Source: Alphaproteobacteria bacterium
GTDB lineage: Bacteria > Pseudomonadota > Alphaproteobacteria > Rhizobiales > Beijerinckiaceae
NCBI GenBank assembly: GCA_021325385.1
Contig: JAJPHH010000202.1
Coordinates: 65,023-129,022, forward strand
DNA: 64,000 nucleotides
Direction of reading: 5' to 3'
Part shown: one piece after another, positions 35,518 through 44,217 of the stretch
Position numbering within the stretch: the first letter of the stretch is position 1
Layout: each line of letters opens with the position of its first letter
Notes under the pieces: generated by a model
Told to the model about the DNA's origin: nothing
The model's database searches: none
The model's input: the letters and a program-made list of their open reading frames with translations, nothing else
Program-made: the position numbers and the translations under genes

Positions 35518-36648
35518 ATGGCTGAAATCGAGCACGTCTCGCCCGACAAACTCCACTTGGACCTTCGTAACCCACGAATGCCAGACCAGGAGTTCGCGAA
35601 CGAGAATGAGGTATTAGAATACCTCATTCAGAACTATGATATTGAAGAGTTGGTGCTTTCGATTTTGGGGGCAGGATGGCTCGACTTCGAGTCCTTCATC
35701 GTATTGAAAAAGGGGATGGTTGTTCTCGAGGGCAATCGTCGTCTTGCCGCTTTGCGGCTAATCAGAGACGAAAAGCTAAGACAAGCAGTTGGGTATACGC
35801 TCCCAGCAGTAACAGCGGGCGGCCCCGGGCCTACCGGAGAAGATCCAAGAAGTAAAGACTTAAAAATTCCAGTTCGATATGTTGATAGCCGTGAAGAAGC
35901 CTATGTTTTTCTCGGATTCAAGCATATTAACGGGCCGTACAAATGGAAGTCTCTGGCGAAAGCCAAGTTTGCATCGGAATGGTTAGACACCGCAAAGGCG
36001 GATGTCGAAACGATCAGCCGGATGCTCGGAGACAGCCATAACACGGTTCTCCGTTTGATTAATGGCTGGCGAGTTTTGAAGAGGGCTGAGGACGCAGGGT
36101 TTGATCCAAAGTCGATCTCCGGGTACGAACTGCCTATCTCGCACATCTATACGGCCCTTCCCCGACCGTCGGTCCGAGAGTTTCTCGGCATTCAGAGCCG
36201 GCCTGCGGAAGTAATTTCTGAAAATGACATCTCCAACGACAACTTGCCGAAGCTGCTTCAGCTTATGACCTGGATTTATGGTCAAGGCTCGAAGAAAGCC
36301 GTGGTCCGACGTCAAAATCCTGATCTGAACGTCTTAGTAAGGGTTCTCGCAAGCAAAGCTGCTCTTGATGAATTGATAGCGACCGGCGACTTAGACCGGG
36401 CAGCAACACGTCTCACTCCGCCCGCCGAACGTTTCGACGTTGCCGTGCGAGAAGCCGCAAAGGCGACGGAAGATGCGCTTCTTCTCGTTGACGGCTTTGA
36501 CGGTTCTCGATTACTCATCGATATCGTAACCGGAATCGGTCGCACAGCGCTTAGCATGCGCAACCAAATGGAAGAGAAAATAAAAAGCGGCAATTCTGAT
36601 CCTTTAGCGACGTTCGCGGACAATGCGCCTGGTAAGCCCAAACGTTGA
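35518..36648 (+). CDS. ParB/Srx-fold N-terminal domain protein
   Basis: LHLDLRNPR, VVLEGNRRLAAL, KHINGPYKW; low GC; ATG 35518 preferred over TTG 35482. Confidence 0.75.
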   Translation: MAEIEHVSPDKLHLDLRNPRMPDQEFANENEVLEYLIQNYDIEELVLSILGAGWLDFESFIVLKKGMVVLEGNRRLAALRLIRDEKLRQAVGYTLPAVTAGGPGPTGEDPRSKDLKIPVRYVDSREEAYVFLGFKHINGPYKWKSLAKAKFASEWLDTAKADVETISRMLGDSHNTVLRLINGWRVLKRAEDAGFDPKSISGYELPISHIYTALPRPSVREFLGIQSRPAEVISENDISNDNLPKLLQLMTWIYGQGSKKAVVRRQNPDLNVLVRVLASKAALDELIATGDLDRAATRLTPPAERFDVAVREAAKATEDALLLVDGFDGSRLLIDIVTGIGRTALSMRNQMEEKIKSGNSDPLATFADNAPGKPKR

Positions 36649-37702
36649 CGCCAGCACGAGCGTTCTCGCGGACTGGTTGGAGCTTCAGTCGCTACTGGCG
36701 GGTACCCGTGGAGCAACACGCTCCGCTATCGAGTCCATCTATCGACTCACCGTCGAGGAACGAAATGTGCGACAAGAAGCGGACGAGGAAACGAACGAAA
36801 GAATTGACGGCGAAATATCAGAAACGGGCCGCGACGAATTGATTCTAGCAATCCTGGAAGAGATTGAGTGGCGACAAGCAAAGCTCGGCCCAGCATACCC
36901 GTTTGGCCTACATAGGAAACAGACGGCAACTGGGGTCAATTGGGTACTCCATGGACCCAGTGGCATTGACAGCAAGGAACACGCTCCCTACCTCACCTGC
37001 CTTATAATCGTGGCGCTTAGAAGAGGTTTATTGGATCACGAAGACGCCTCGCTCGTGACTGATCATCGGATAGGAAAGTTATTTCAAATCTGTGCTTGCT
37101 TGGCGGTAGGTGGTTACTTGGATGGGGAGGTGGTCTCTTTTGGCTGGCCACGCGCCACGGGCAATCAGTTTTTTCCGGCTCTCCGAACGGCATGGGACCG
37201 CGTCGGCCTTTACAAAATTGTAGAAGAGTATCCGGCCGGCGTACCTACGACGCTGAAGGACGGGGGAATCGACATCATAGCTTGGAAGGACTTCGCGGAC
37301 GGCCGGCCAGCTCGACTGATCGTATTTTGTCAGGTGGCTTCCGGAGACAATTGGGTCGACAAGTCCGTCGACGAACCGAGCCGTCTGTTAATTGGAAGTT
37401 TTTTTGTCGGCTACCGGCCTCGCGCAGTTATGTCCGCGACGGTGATCCCATTCGTCGCACACGAGGACGCTTCTAATGTGGGGGTAGGGATAAAAGACTT
37501 TGTACTTGGGAGGATGGCCTATTATGAGCAAGCGCATGGAATAATTCTGGATCGGATTCGAGTTGCTGGTGCCGCACATAAAGCTTTGACCCGCGCTGTT
37601 GTCGATCGCCCCAAAATCGATGGAGCGGAGAGAGTCGCAGAACTGATTGAGTGGATCGCGGCAGTTTTGCGCACTACTTCTACGCCGCAGGTGTCGGCAT
37701 GA
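36623..37702 (+). CDS. Hypothetical protein with a restriction-endonuclease-like (PD-(D/E)xK/Mrr-type) C-terminal motif
   Basis: KDGGIDIIAW..LIVFCQVASG-NW--K; overlaps the upstream gene by 26 nt; low GC. Confidence 0.6.
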   Translation: MRLVSPNVDASTSVLADWLELQSLLAGTRGATRSAIESIYRLTVEERNVRQEADEETNERIDGEISETGRDELILAILEEIEWRQAKLGPAYPFGLHRKQTATGVNWVLHGPSGIDSKEHAPYLTCLIIVALRRGLLDHEDASLVTDHRIGKLFQICACLAVGGYLDGEVVSFGWPRATGNQFFPALRTAWDRVGLYKIVEEYPAGVPTTLKDGGIDIIAWKDFADGRPARLIVFCQVASGDNWVDKSVDEPSRLLIGSFFVGYRPRAVMSATVIPFVAHEDASNVGVGIKDFVLGRMAYYEQAHGIILDRIRVAGAAHKALTRAVVDRPKIDGAERVAELIEWIAAVLRTTSTPQVSA

Positions 37703-38793
37703 GGCATCCCCTTCATGCGTTATGCCCATACTTTGCGATGTTTCCTGAAGGTTTTGTCCTGGACCAACTGTTGGCTTTTACCTCGCCGGGTGAGCTCGTA
37801 CTCGATCCTTTCGCGGGACGGGGAACTACACTATTCGAAAGCTTGTTGAATGGTCGACGTGCTATCGGTACTGATATCAACAAAGTTGCAGCCTGTGTCA
37901 CAGGGGCAAAAATTGACGTACCACAGAAGGAGAAGCTCTTCGAGCGCCTAGATGAGTTGGAGCGCGCTTTTTGGAGGATTCGGACGGTCAAGCCTTTCGC
38001 CACGAAATTCTTTTCGGCTTGCTACAGCCAGCCCACTTATCAGGAAATTGAATTCTTGCGGACTCATCTAAATTGGCGCGTCAGCAAAGTGGATCGTTTC
38101 ATAGCCGCGCTTGTCCTTGGCTCGCTGCACGGGGAATCCCATAAATCCAAACTTTGCTTGAGCAACCGGATGCCACGCACAATAAGTACAAAGCCAGAGT
38201 ATTCTGTTCGGTGGTGGAATGAACGCGGATATATTGCCCCGAAGCGGGAAACTTTTAACATCTTACGGGCAGTTGCGGAAATGCGATACGGGATTTCCCC
38301 GCCTCAAATGAAGGGCAAAATTCGCCTTGCCGATGCTCGCAGAGCCGGATCTCTTTATCGTGAGCATACCGGAGAGGTTAAGTTGGTAGTCACCTCTCCA
38401 CCGTACATCGATACGACTGACTACGCCGAGGATCAATGGCTGAGACTTTGGTTCCTTGGCGGGCCGCCGTACCCCAAGGCACGTGTAAACCGAGATGACA
38501 GATACTCTAACGTGATGTCATATTGGAGCTTCCTTTCCGAGGTTTGGGCCGGTTGTGCGCGTCTCTTTTCTCCCGGTACCACCATTGTTGTGAGAATCGG
38601 CGGCAAGTTAGATAGTCGAACATTGTTGGAGGGGGTTAGAGGTAGCCTTCAGCATGGACTTAAACAACAAGGGTTATCCGTAAAAACGGAGTATCACAAT
38701 TCTAGCCTAATCAAGAATAGACAAACTAATTCCTTTCGTCCTGGGACCAATGGCGAACGCCGCGAGTTCGACTTCGTGTTTAAGCTTCAGTAG
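37699..38793 (+). CDS. Amino DNA methyltransferase, probably N4-cytosine, alpha-type motif order
   Basis: ATGA coupling; H---PYFAMFP, VLDPFAGRGTT (motif I), then VVTSPPY (motif IV) far downstream. Confidence 0.85.
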   Translation: MRHPLHALCPYFAMFPEGFVLDQLLAFTSPGELVLDPFAGRGTTLFESLLNGRRAIGTDINKVAACVTGAKIDVPQKEKLFERLDELERAFWRIRTVKPFATKFFSACYSQPTYQEIEFLRTHLNWRVSKVDRFIAALVLGSLHGESHKSKLCLSNRMPRTISTKPEYSVRWWNERGYIAPKRETFNILRAVAEMRYGISPPQMKGKIRLADARRAGSLYREHTGEVKLVVTSPPYIDTTDYAEDQWLRLWFLGGPPYPKARVNRDDRYSNVMSYWSFLSEVWAGCARLFSPGTTIVVRIGGKLDSRTLLEGVRGSLQHGLKQQGLSVKTEYHNSSLIKNRQTNSFRPGTNGERREFDFVFKLQ

Positions 38794-38858
38794 ATGGAAG
38801 TCCGAGGAATCGAAAGCGAGCGAGTTCGATAGCTTCTCTCGAACCGGAAACTATCCGC

Positions 38859-40094
38859 TTAGTTTGCCCCGCCCAGCCCCTTCAACTCCGCCGCAGCCAC
38901 CCCTCGCTCCGGCGCGCCGTTCGGGCACGCCCTCTCCGCCGCCGCGAACGCCTCGGCCGCTTCCCCCTTCGCCTCCTTCAGCAGCGCCAGCTCGCCGGCA
39001 AACACATGGGCCTGGCAGATCTGCCATTGCTTGACGACGGGAAAGCTGTCGGGGGCGGCGCTGGCTTCGTCGAGCATGGCGCGCGGGCTCGGCTCGCCGA
39101 GAAAGGCGTGGACGGCGCTGGCCGGCCAGACGGATTTGGAGAAGTTCGCGGCGGCATCGGCGAGGCGGCCGGGACTGTGGGCGCGGCGGTCGGCGATTTC
39201 GCGCCAGAGCGCGATATCGGCGTTGGCCGGCGCGAGCTCGCTTGCTTCGGCGAAGTCGGCGCGCGCCTGATCGAGGGCGCCGCGCATCAATTCGACGAGG
39301 GCGCGATGGGCGAGCGCGGAATGGTCCTTCGGGTCGATGCGCAGCGCGTCGTCGAAATCGGCGACGGCGCGATCGAACTCGCCGCGCGCGAAATACGTCC
39401 CGCCGCGGCTTTCGGCCGCGTGGAGCGAAACATTGCGCTCGGCGGCGTCGCGAGAGGCGGCGGAGAGGCGCAGCGCCTCGCTGAAATCGGCGATCGCGCC
39501 GTCGTCGTCGCCATTCATCCGCCGCGCGCCGCCGCGGCCGAGATAGGCGCGCGCGAGGCGCGCGTCGAGCCGGAGCGCAGCGCTGTAATCGGCCTCGGCG
39601 CGCCGATAATCGTTGTTGCGGCCGTAAAGTCTCGCTCGGCCGATATAGGCGGGCGCGAAATTCGGGTCGAGCCGGATCGCCGCGTCGAAATCCTCGAATC
39701 CGCTGCGGCCAGGGTCGAAGAAGGCGCCGAGGCCGCGCGCGTAATAGGCGAAGGCGAAGGTCGGATCGAGCCGCACCGCCTCGTCGAGATCCGCGGCGGA
39801 AGCGGCGCGATCCGCCGTACCATCGTCGGGCTTGGCGGAAATCGCTTTCGCCCGGTAGGCGCTCGCCCGGTTGATCAGGGCGATGCTTTTTTCGCGCGGC
39901 GTCGCGGCGCCCTCGATGACGCGGCTGCACGCTTGGATCAAGCCGCGGGGATCGGCGATGACGAATGTGTCGGGATCGTCGAGACCGCCGCAATCGGCGC
40001 CCGTCCCGTCCGCAGCGACGGCCGGGCTCGCCCAGGCCAGCGCCAGGAGAATCGCCGCGATCAGATGTGCGAACACCATGCGCTCGTCGCTCAT
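38859..40094 (-). CDS. Exported tetratricopeptide repeat protein
   Basis: Signal-peptide-like N-terminus (AWASPAVA); repeated AY--RG--Y/A--DF--A-RLDP units. Confidence 0.88.
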   Translation of the reverse strand: MSDERMVFAHLIAAILLALAWASPAVAADGTGADCGGLDDPDTFVIADPRGLIQACSRVIEGAATPREKSIALINRASAYRAKAISAKPDDGTADRAASAADLDEAVRLDPTFAFAYYARGLGAFFDPGRSGFEDFDAAIRLDPNFAPAYIGRARLYGRNNDYRRAEADYSAALRLDARLARAYLGRGGARRMNGDDDGAIADFSEALRLSAASRDAAERNVSLHAAESRGGTYFARGEFDRAVADFDDALRIDPKDHSALAHRALVELMRGALDQARADFAEASELAPANADIALWREIADRRAHSPGRLADAAANFSKSVWPASAVHAFLGEPSPRAMLDEASAAPDSFPVVKQWQICQAHVFAGELALLKEAKGEAAEAFAAAERACPNGAPERGVAAAELKGLGGAN

Positions 40095-40104
40095 CTTCGT
40101 CCCT

Positions 40105-40575
40105 TCACATGCGTTGGCCAGGCAATTGGCTGGCCTGTTTCACCCAGGCGACGAACTGCGCTTCGTCGAACTGATCGTGCTCGCGGATGTCGAGATAGCG
40201 CGTATCCTTGCTCTTGGACTCGCCGGGCGGGACAGGCCGGAGCGACGCGCCGCGGAAGAAGGCCACCTTGACGTAATTCGTGAAGCAATGGATGCCGAGA
40301 AACCAGTCCCGGCCCTCGATTCCATAAAGCGGCGAGTTCCATTTGACCGCCTTGCGCACGCCCGGAACGGCGGCGACGATGAGCGCGTCGAGGCGGCGCC
40401 CGACCTCGCGTTTCCAGCCCGGCATGGCCGCGATATAGGCCTCGACGGAGGCTTCGCCGTATCCTTTGGCGATCCGAGGGTTGCCGCCCGCGAGAAGACG
40501 CGGCTCGGCGTCGGCCCTTCTGGAGGCGGCGGTCTTCGCGACCTTCGTTGACTTGTCGGGCGTCTTCTTGGCCAT
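40105..40575 (-). CDS. DUF1801 domain protein
   Basis: LLAGGNPRIAKGYG, MPGWK, AVKWNSPLYG, WVKQAS-LPG. Confidence 0.88.
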   Translation of the reverse strand: MAKKTPDKSTKVAKTAASRRADAEPRLLAGGNPRIAKGYGEASVEAYIAAMPGWKREVGRRLDALIVAAVPGVRKAVKWNSPLYGIEGRDWFLGIHCFTNYVKVAFFRGASLRPVPPGESKSKDTRYLDIREHDQFDEAQFVAWVKQASQLPGQRM

Positions 40576-40698
40576 CACGTTCACTTCACTCGCCCGGCGA
40601 GCGCTCTGGAGCAGGTCGGAGCGCCGAGCCGGAACCAAGGATAAGCGGCGCCAATTCTCTTCGGCAAATCGAAAGTCTCCGCCCGAGAGGACGCGCCG

Positions 40699-41697
40699 AT
40701 GAACGCCTTTTCTCCCAAAGCCGGATTTCTCGCCCTCGGCTTGACCTTGGCGGCCGCCGCCGGGGCGACGCTCGCTCCTTGCCCCGCAAGCGCGGCGCTG
40801 CTCGCCCGCGTTCCCGCCGCGCGCGAAATGGCGGTCTGCGGCGATACGCTGTTCGTCGGAACCAAGGGCGCCTCGGTCTACGCGGTGCCGCTCGGCGGCG
40901 GCGAGGCGCGCGTCGCGGCCTCCGGCTTTTCGGCGCCGAACGGGGTCGCCTGCGCGGGCGGGCGTTTGTTCGTCGCGTCGCGCGACAGGATCACGGCATT
41001 TGACATCGGGCCGGGCGGCGCTCTGAGCGGAAGGCGCGACATTGCCGGCGGGCTGGCGAATTCGGGCGTCCACAGCCTGCGCACTATCGGCATCGGCCCC
41101 GACGGCCGCCTCTATGTCTCGCTCGGCTCGCCCTGCAACATCTGCCTGCCGCGCGGGCTGGCGGGGACGATCGTCAGCATGGACCAGAACGGCGGCGATC
41201 TTCGCCGCGTCGCCTGGGGCGTGCGCAATTCGGTCGGCTTCGATTGGCGCGGCGGAACCATGTTCTTCACCGACAACGGCGCCGACCTGATGGGCGACAA
41301 TATCCCGCCCGACGAATTGAACGAGCTCCAGCCGGGCGGATTCTACGGCTTCCCCTATTTTGGCGGCCGCATCCGGCTCAAAGGTTTCGAGAATGCGGAG
41401 CCGCCCACACAGCAGATTCCGCCGGTCTTCGAATTCCAGGCCCATGTCGCAACCCTCGGAATCCATTTCTTCCGCAGCCTCGGCGGCGACGCCCTGGTCG
41501 CCGAGCACGGCAGCTGGAATAGGTCGGTTCCGGTCGGGCGCGAGGTCGTGCGCGTCCATTTCGAGGGCGGCCGTCCGGTCTCGGTCGCGCCGTTCCTCAG
41601 AGGCGTCGGCAGGCCCGTGGACGTCAAGGAGGCGCCGGACGGCGCCGTGCTTGTATCCGACGATGCGGGCGGCGCGGTCTATATTTTCAGGCGGTGA
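40699..41697 (+). CDS. Exported PQQ-dependent glucose/sorbosone dehydrogenase-like beta-propeller protein
   Basis: Signal peptide; GPDGRLYVSLGSPCN-C, GVRNSVG, DNGAD, YGFPY, AEHGSWNR. Confidence 0.85.
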   Translation: MNAFSPKAGFLALGLTLAAAAGATLAPCPASAALLARVPAAREMAVCGDTLFVGTKGASVYAVPLGGGEARVAASGFSAPNGVACAGGRLFVASRDRITAFDIGPGGALSGRRDIAGGLANSGVHSLRTIGIGPDGRLYVSLGSPCNICLPRGLAGTIVSMDQNGGDLRRVAWGVRNSVGFDWRGGTMFFTDNGADLMGDNIPPDELNELQPGGFYGFPYFGGRIRLKGFENAEPPTQQIPPVFEFQAHVATLGIHFFRSLGGDALVAEHGSWNRSVPVGREVVRVHFEGGRPVSVAPFLRGVGRPVDVKEAPDGAVLVSDDAGGAVYIFRR

Positions 41698-41819
41698 CGG
41701 GCGCCGCCGCGATGGAGCGCCGACGTACCGTAGCGCTGAACGCGCCCTCTCCGGCATGCCGTCGCCGTGCTCGGCGTCAAGCCCAAGCCGCTTCGAAGAT
41801 CAGCCGCGCGACCGAAAGC

Positions 41820-42503
41820 CTACCAAACGAACGGAATGAGCCGCCAGCGGACCCGCCTCGCGTATTCCTCGTAGCCATCCAGTCCTTCGCGCAGCGCCTT
41901 CTCCTCGACGCCGATGCGAATGGCGAAGCCGAGCGCGACGAGCGGGACCGTCGCCAGGCCCCACCAGGAGCCGAGGACGAGCGAGGTCGCGGCGACATAA
42001 AAGAGAGCGCCGAAATAGAGCGGATGACGCACGATCGCGTAAGGCCCGGTCGTGACGACCCTCTGGCCGCGCTCTTTCTGGATCTTGACGACCGGCGCGG
42101 CGAAGCTGTTGGCGCGCATCGTCCAGACCATGAAGGCCAACGCCGCGAGGAGGAGAGCGCACCCCGCCCATTGCCCGACAGGCGGCATGATCGACCAGCG
42201 CCAGCGCGCGGCATCCGCCGCCATGAAGGCCATGCCGCCGAAAAGGAGGAGCAGGATGGGGACGAGGATCAGCTTGTCGGCAAGCGGCTGGTCCTTCTGG
42301 ATCGGCGGCTTCAGCCGCTCCCGCAAAAGGCCCGGGTCGGCGCGCGCCAGAATGGCGCCCATGACGATCGAGACGGCGATCATGATGGCGAGATAGAGCC
42401 AACCGCCGAAATAGTTGATCGTCCCCGCTGCGCTGAAAATGACCGCGCCCATGAAGCCGAACCAGACGATCGTCTGGAGAATGAGATTGAGAAAGAGGCC
42501 CAT
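41820..42503 (-). CDS. Isoprenylcysteine carboxyl methyltransferase family membrane protein
   Basis: NSFAAPVVKIQ, VVTTGPYAIVRHPLY, EEKAL, GYEEY--RVRWRLIP. Confidence 0.9.
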   Translation of the reverse strand: MGLFLNLILQTIVWFGFMGAVIFSAAGTINYFGGWLYLAIMIAVSIVMGAILARADPGLLRERLKPPIQKDQPLADKLILVPILLLLFGGMAFMAADAARWRWSIMPPVGQWAGCALLLAALAFMVWTMRANSFAAPVVKIQKERGQRVVTTGPYAIVRHPLYFGALFYVAATSLVLGSWWGLATVPLVALGFAIRIGVEEKALREGLDGYEEYARRVRWRLIPFVW

Positions 42504-42654
42504 TCGCTTTTCCCGATCGAAGCGCCTTCCGGGCGCGACGCGCCGCCTTCGCATTTCGCGACATATGAGCGTGGCGAGGATATGAGCTTTGATTGGAGCA
42601 AGACAATGGGCATGGGCGCGGGCAAGCTGTCCGACGCGCTTTGCCCGTCTGGCC

Positions 42655-42873
42655 TCAAGCGGCGCGTCGATCGGCGCGCCTTTTTTCGAGATAGGGCAGC
42701 ACGAAAAGGTACAGGCCGGTCGCAAGCATCAGAAATAGCGGCGGCAGCGGCGCATAGACCACCCATGCCGGAGGCCCGCCAAGCGCCATCGCGACAAAGT
42801 TGGCGGCGACGGCGAGCGTGAAAATGATCGACAACCAGCGATGAGTCCGCCGAATCCACATGTTCCAATTCAA
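42655..42873 (-). CDS. Small two-TM membrane protein (72 aa)
   Basis: MNWNMWIRRTHRWLSI..TGLYLFVLPY; PepSY-TM-like HRW motif; follows the SRPBCC gene. Confidence 0.7.
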   Translation of the reverse strand: MNWNMWIRRTHRWLSIIFTLAVAANFVAMALGGPPAWVVYAPLPPLFLMLATGLYLFVLPYLEKRRADRRAA

Positions 42874-42916
42874 TTTACGATCTCCGTTGAAAGGATTCGT
42901 TTGAAAGACGGCGCCG

Positions 42917-43342
42917 TCACTCCGCTTGCGCCAAGACCTGCGCCAGCTGCTCGAAGAACCGCCGCCATCCCGCAATGGCGCCGCGATAAGCCTGGCTCTG
43001 ATCCGGCCGGAAGCCCGCCTGCTCCATGCGCAGGCGCGTTCCCGCGCTGGTCGGGGTCAGAGTCCAGGTGACGACGCTCTCGAGACCCATAGCGTCCCAG
43101 GTGTAAGACAGCGTCTTGTTCGGCTCGACGATGCGGACCTGGCAGTCGACGACGATGTTCACATCCGGTCGAGGGCTCCTGCGCAGATTGAACCTATGGC
43201 CTATGACGGGCCTGAAGTCGTTGCTCATGAGCCACTCCTCGATCAGGTGCGGCTGGGTGAGCGCGCGCCAGATCTTCTCCGGCGGAAACGGGAACTCGCG
43301 TTCGACGACGACGATGCGCGTTTCGTTCGACGATCCGGCCAT
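42917..43342 (-). CDS. SRPBCC / AHSA1-like domain protein
   Basis: PPEKIWRALT, EWLM, L-YTW, GTRLRMEQ-GF, GW. Confidence 0.9.
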   Translation of the reverse strand: MAGSSNETRIVVVEREFPFPPEKIWRALTQPHLIEEWLMSNDFRPVIGHRFNLRRSPRPDVNIVVDCQVRIVEPNKTLSYTWDAMGLESVVTWTLTPTSAGTRLRMEQAGFRPDQSQAYRGAIAGWRRFFEQLAQVLAQAE

Positions 43343-43393
43343 TGATCCATCGCTTTCGTCCGCCGCCGGGCAGCTGCCGCGTCGGCGCCGTCC

Positions 43394-43786
43394 CTACCGG
43401 CGCGCGAGCTGGGTGATTTGAACGAGGTTGCCGCAGCCGTCGTTCAGCTTGGCGATGGTCGCGCCGGCGACCTCGGTCGGCGGCAGCACGAACTCGACGG
43501 CGCGCGCTCTGATGCGCTCGTAATCGCCGCTGACGTCGTCGGTGAAGAACATGATCGCCGGGCGCCCCTGCTGGAATATCGCTCGTTGATACGCCTGAGC
43601 CGCCGGATCGTCGTTGAGCGCGAGCTGCAGTTCCGCTCCTTCCGGCTCTTCCGGCGACGCCACCGTCAGCCAGCGAAACGGCCCCTGGCGGAAATCGGCC
43701 TTCTTCGTCAAGCCCAGCGCTTCGGTATAGAAGCGCAGCGCTTTTTCCTGATCGTCCACATAGACGCTTGTCAATTTGATCTTCAT
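43394..43786 (-). CDS. VOC / glyoxalase-bleomycin resistance family protein
   Basis: VDDQEKALRFYT, RWLTV, D-CGNLVQI. Confidence 0.9.
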   Translation of the reverse strand: MKIKLTSVYVDDQEKALRFYTEALGLTKKADFRQGPFRWLTVASPEEPEGAELQLALNDDPAAQAYQRAIFQQGRPAIMFFTDDVSGDYERIRARAVEFVLPPTEVAGATIAKLNDGCGNLVQITQLARR

Positions 43787-43799
43787 TAAGCGCTCCGCT

Positions 43800-44123
43800 T
43801 CACTGGTCCATTCTCTTGAGCAAATCTTCGAGGCGATCGAACCGGTTTTGCCAGAAGCCGGCCATCTGACTCGTCCAGTCGATCAGCGGCGCCAAGGCGC
43901 CGAGCTGCGCGCTGTAATGCGTCTGGCGACCTTCATGGCGGTCGCGCACCAGCCCGGCCCGCTTCAGGACGACGAGATGCTTCGTGACGGCCGGTTGCGA
44001 CACCCCGGCGCGAGCCGTCAGCGCCCCGACCGTCTGCTCTCCGTCGCGGCACAATCGCTCGAAAATGGCCCGCCGCGTCGGGTCGGCGAGAGTTCTGAAC
44101 AGCACATCGTGAGCCTTCGCCAT
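43800..44123 (-). CDS. ArsR/SmtB family transcriptional regulator
   Basis: LADPTRRAI, VSQPAVTKHL-VL--AGLV, GR---Y; start ATG 44123 or TTG 44132. Confidence 0.92.
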   Translation of the reverse strand: MAKAHDVLFRTLADPTRRAIFERLCRDGEQTVGALTARAGVSQPAVTKHLVVLKRAGLVRDRHEGRQTHYSAQLGALAPLIDWTSQMAGFWQNRFDRLEDLLKRMDQ

Positions 44124-44132
44124 TCGCGACAA

Positions 44133-44174
44133 ATAACTCGCCGGTTATCGGTTGACATATAACCGTGGAGATAT
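44133..44174. promoter_or_regulatory. Candidate autoregulatory operator of the ArsR gene
   Basis: ATAAC-N6-GTTAT (44133-44148), CGGTT-N7-AACCG (44149-44165) and a partial second ATAAC-N6-GATAT. Confidence 0.55.
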
Positions 44175-44217
44175 GCGTGAGTCAAGCAGGGCTCGTCGCT
44201 TCTGGAGGCGCGCGCCC

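Larger units (their letters stand above)
35340..38850. mobile_element. Horizontally acquired low-GC insert with no mobility genes; boundaries approximate
   Basis: Abrupt compositional shift: hand counts of 28/60 and 25/60 GC at lines 38581 and 38641 versus 45/60 at line 39481; frequent A/T-ending codons. Confidence 0.65.

Noticed and set aside
35329-38858. Target-site duplication or att sites at the island edges
   Set aside because: Only short scattered matches (CGAGCGA, TTCGAT) at inconsistent spacing; no tRNA, integrase or IS ends
40576-41757. Long N-terminal extension of the DUF1801 ORF (550 aa in the ORF track)
   Set aside because: Extension is antisense to the sugar-dehydrogenase gene; the recognisable protein starts at ATG 40575
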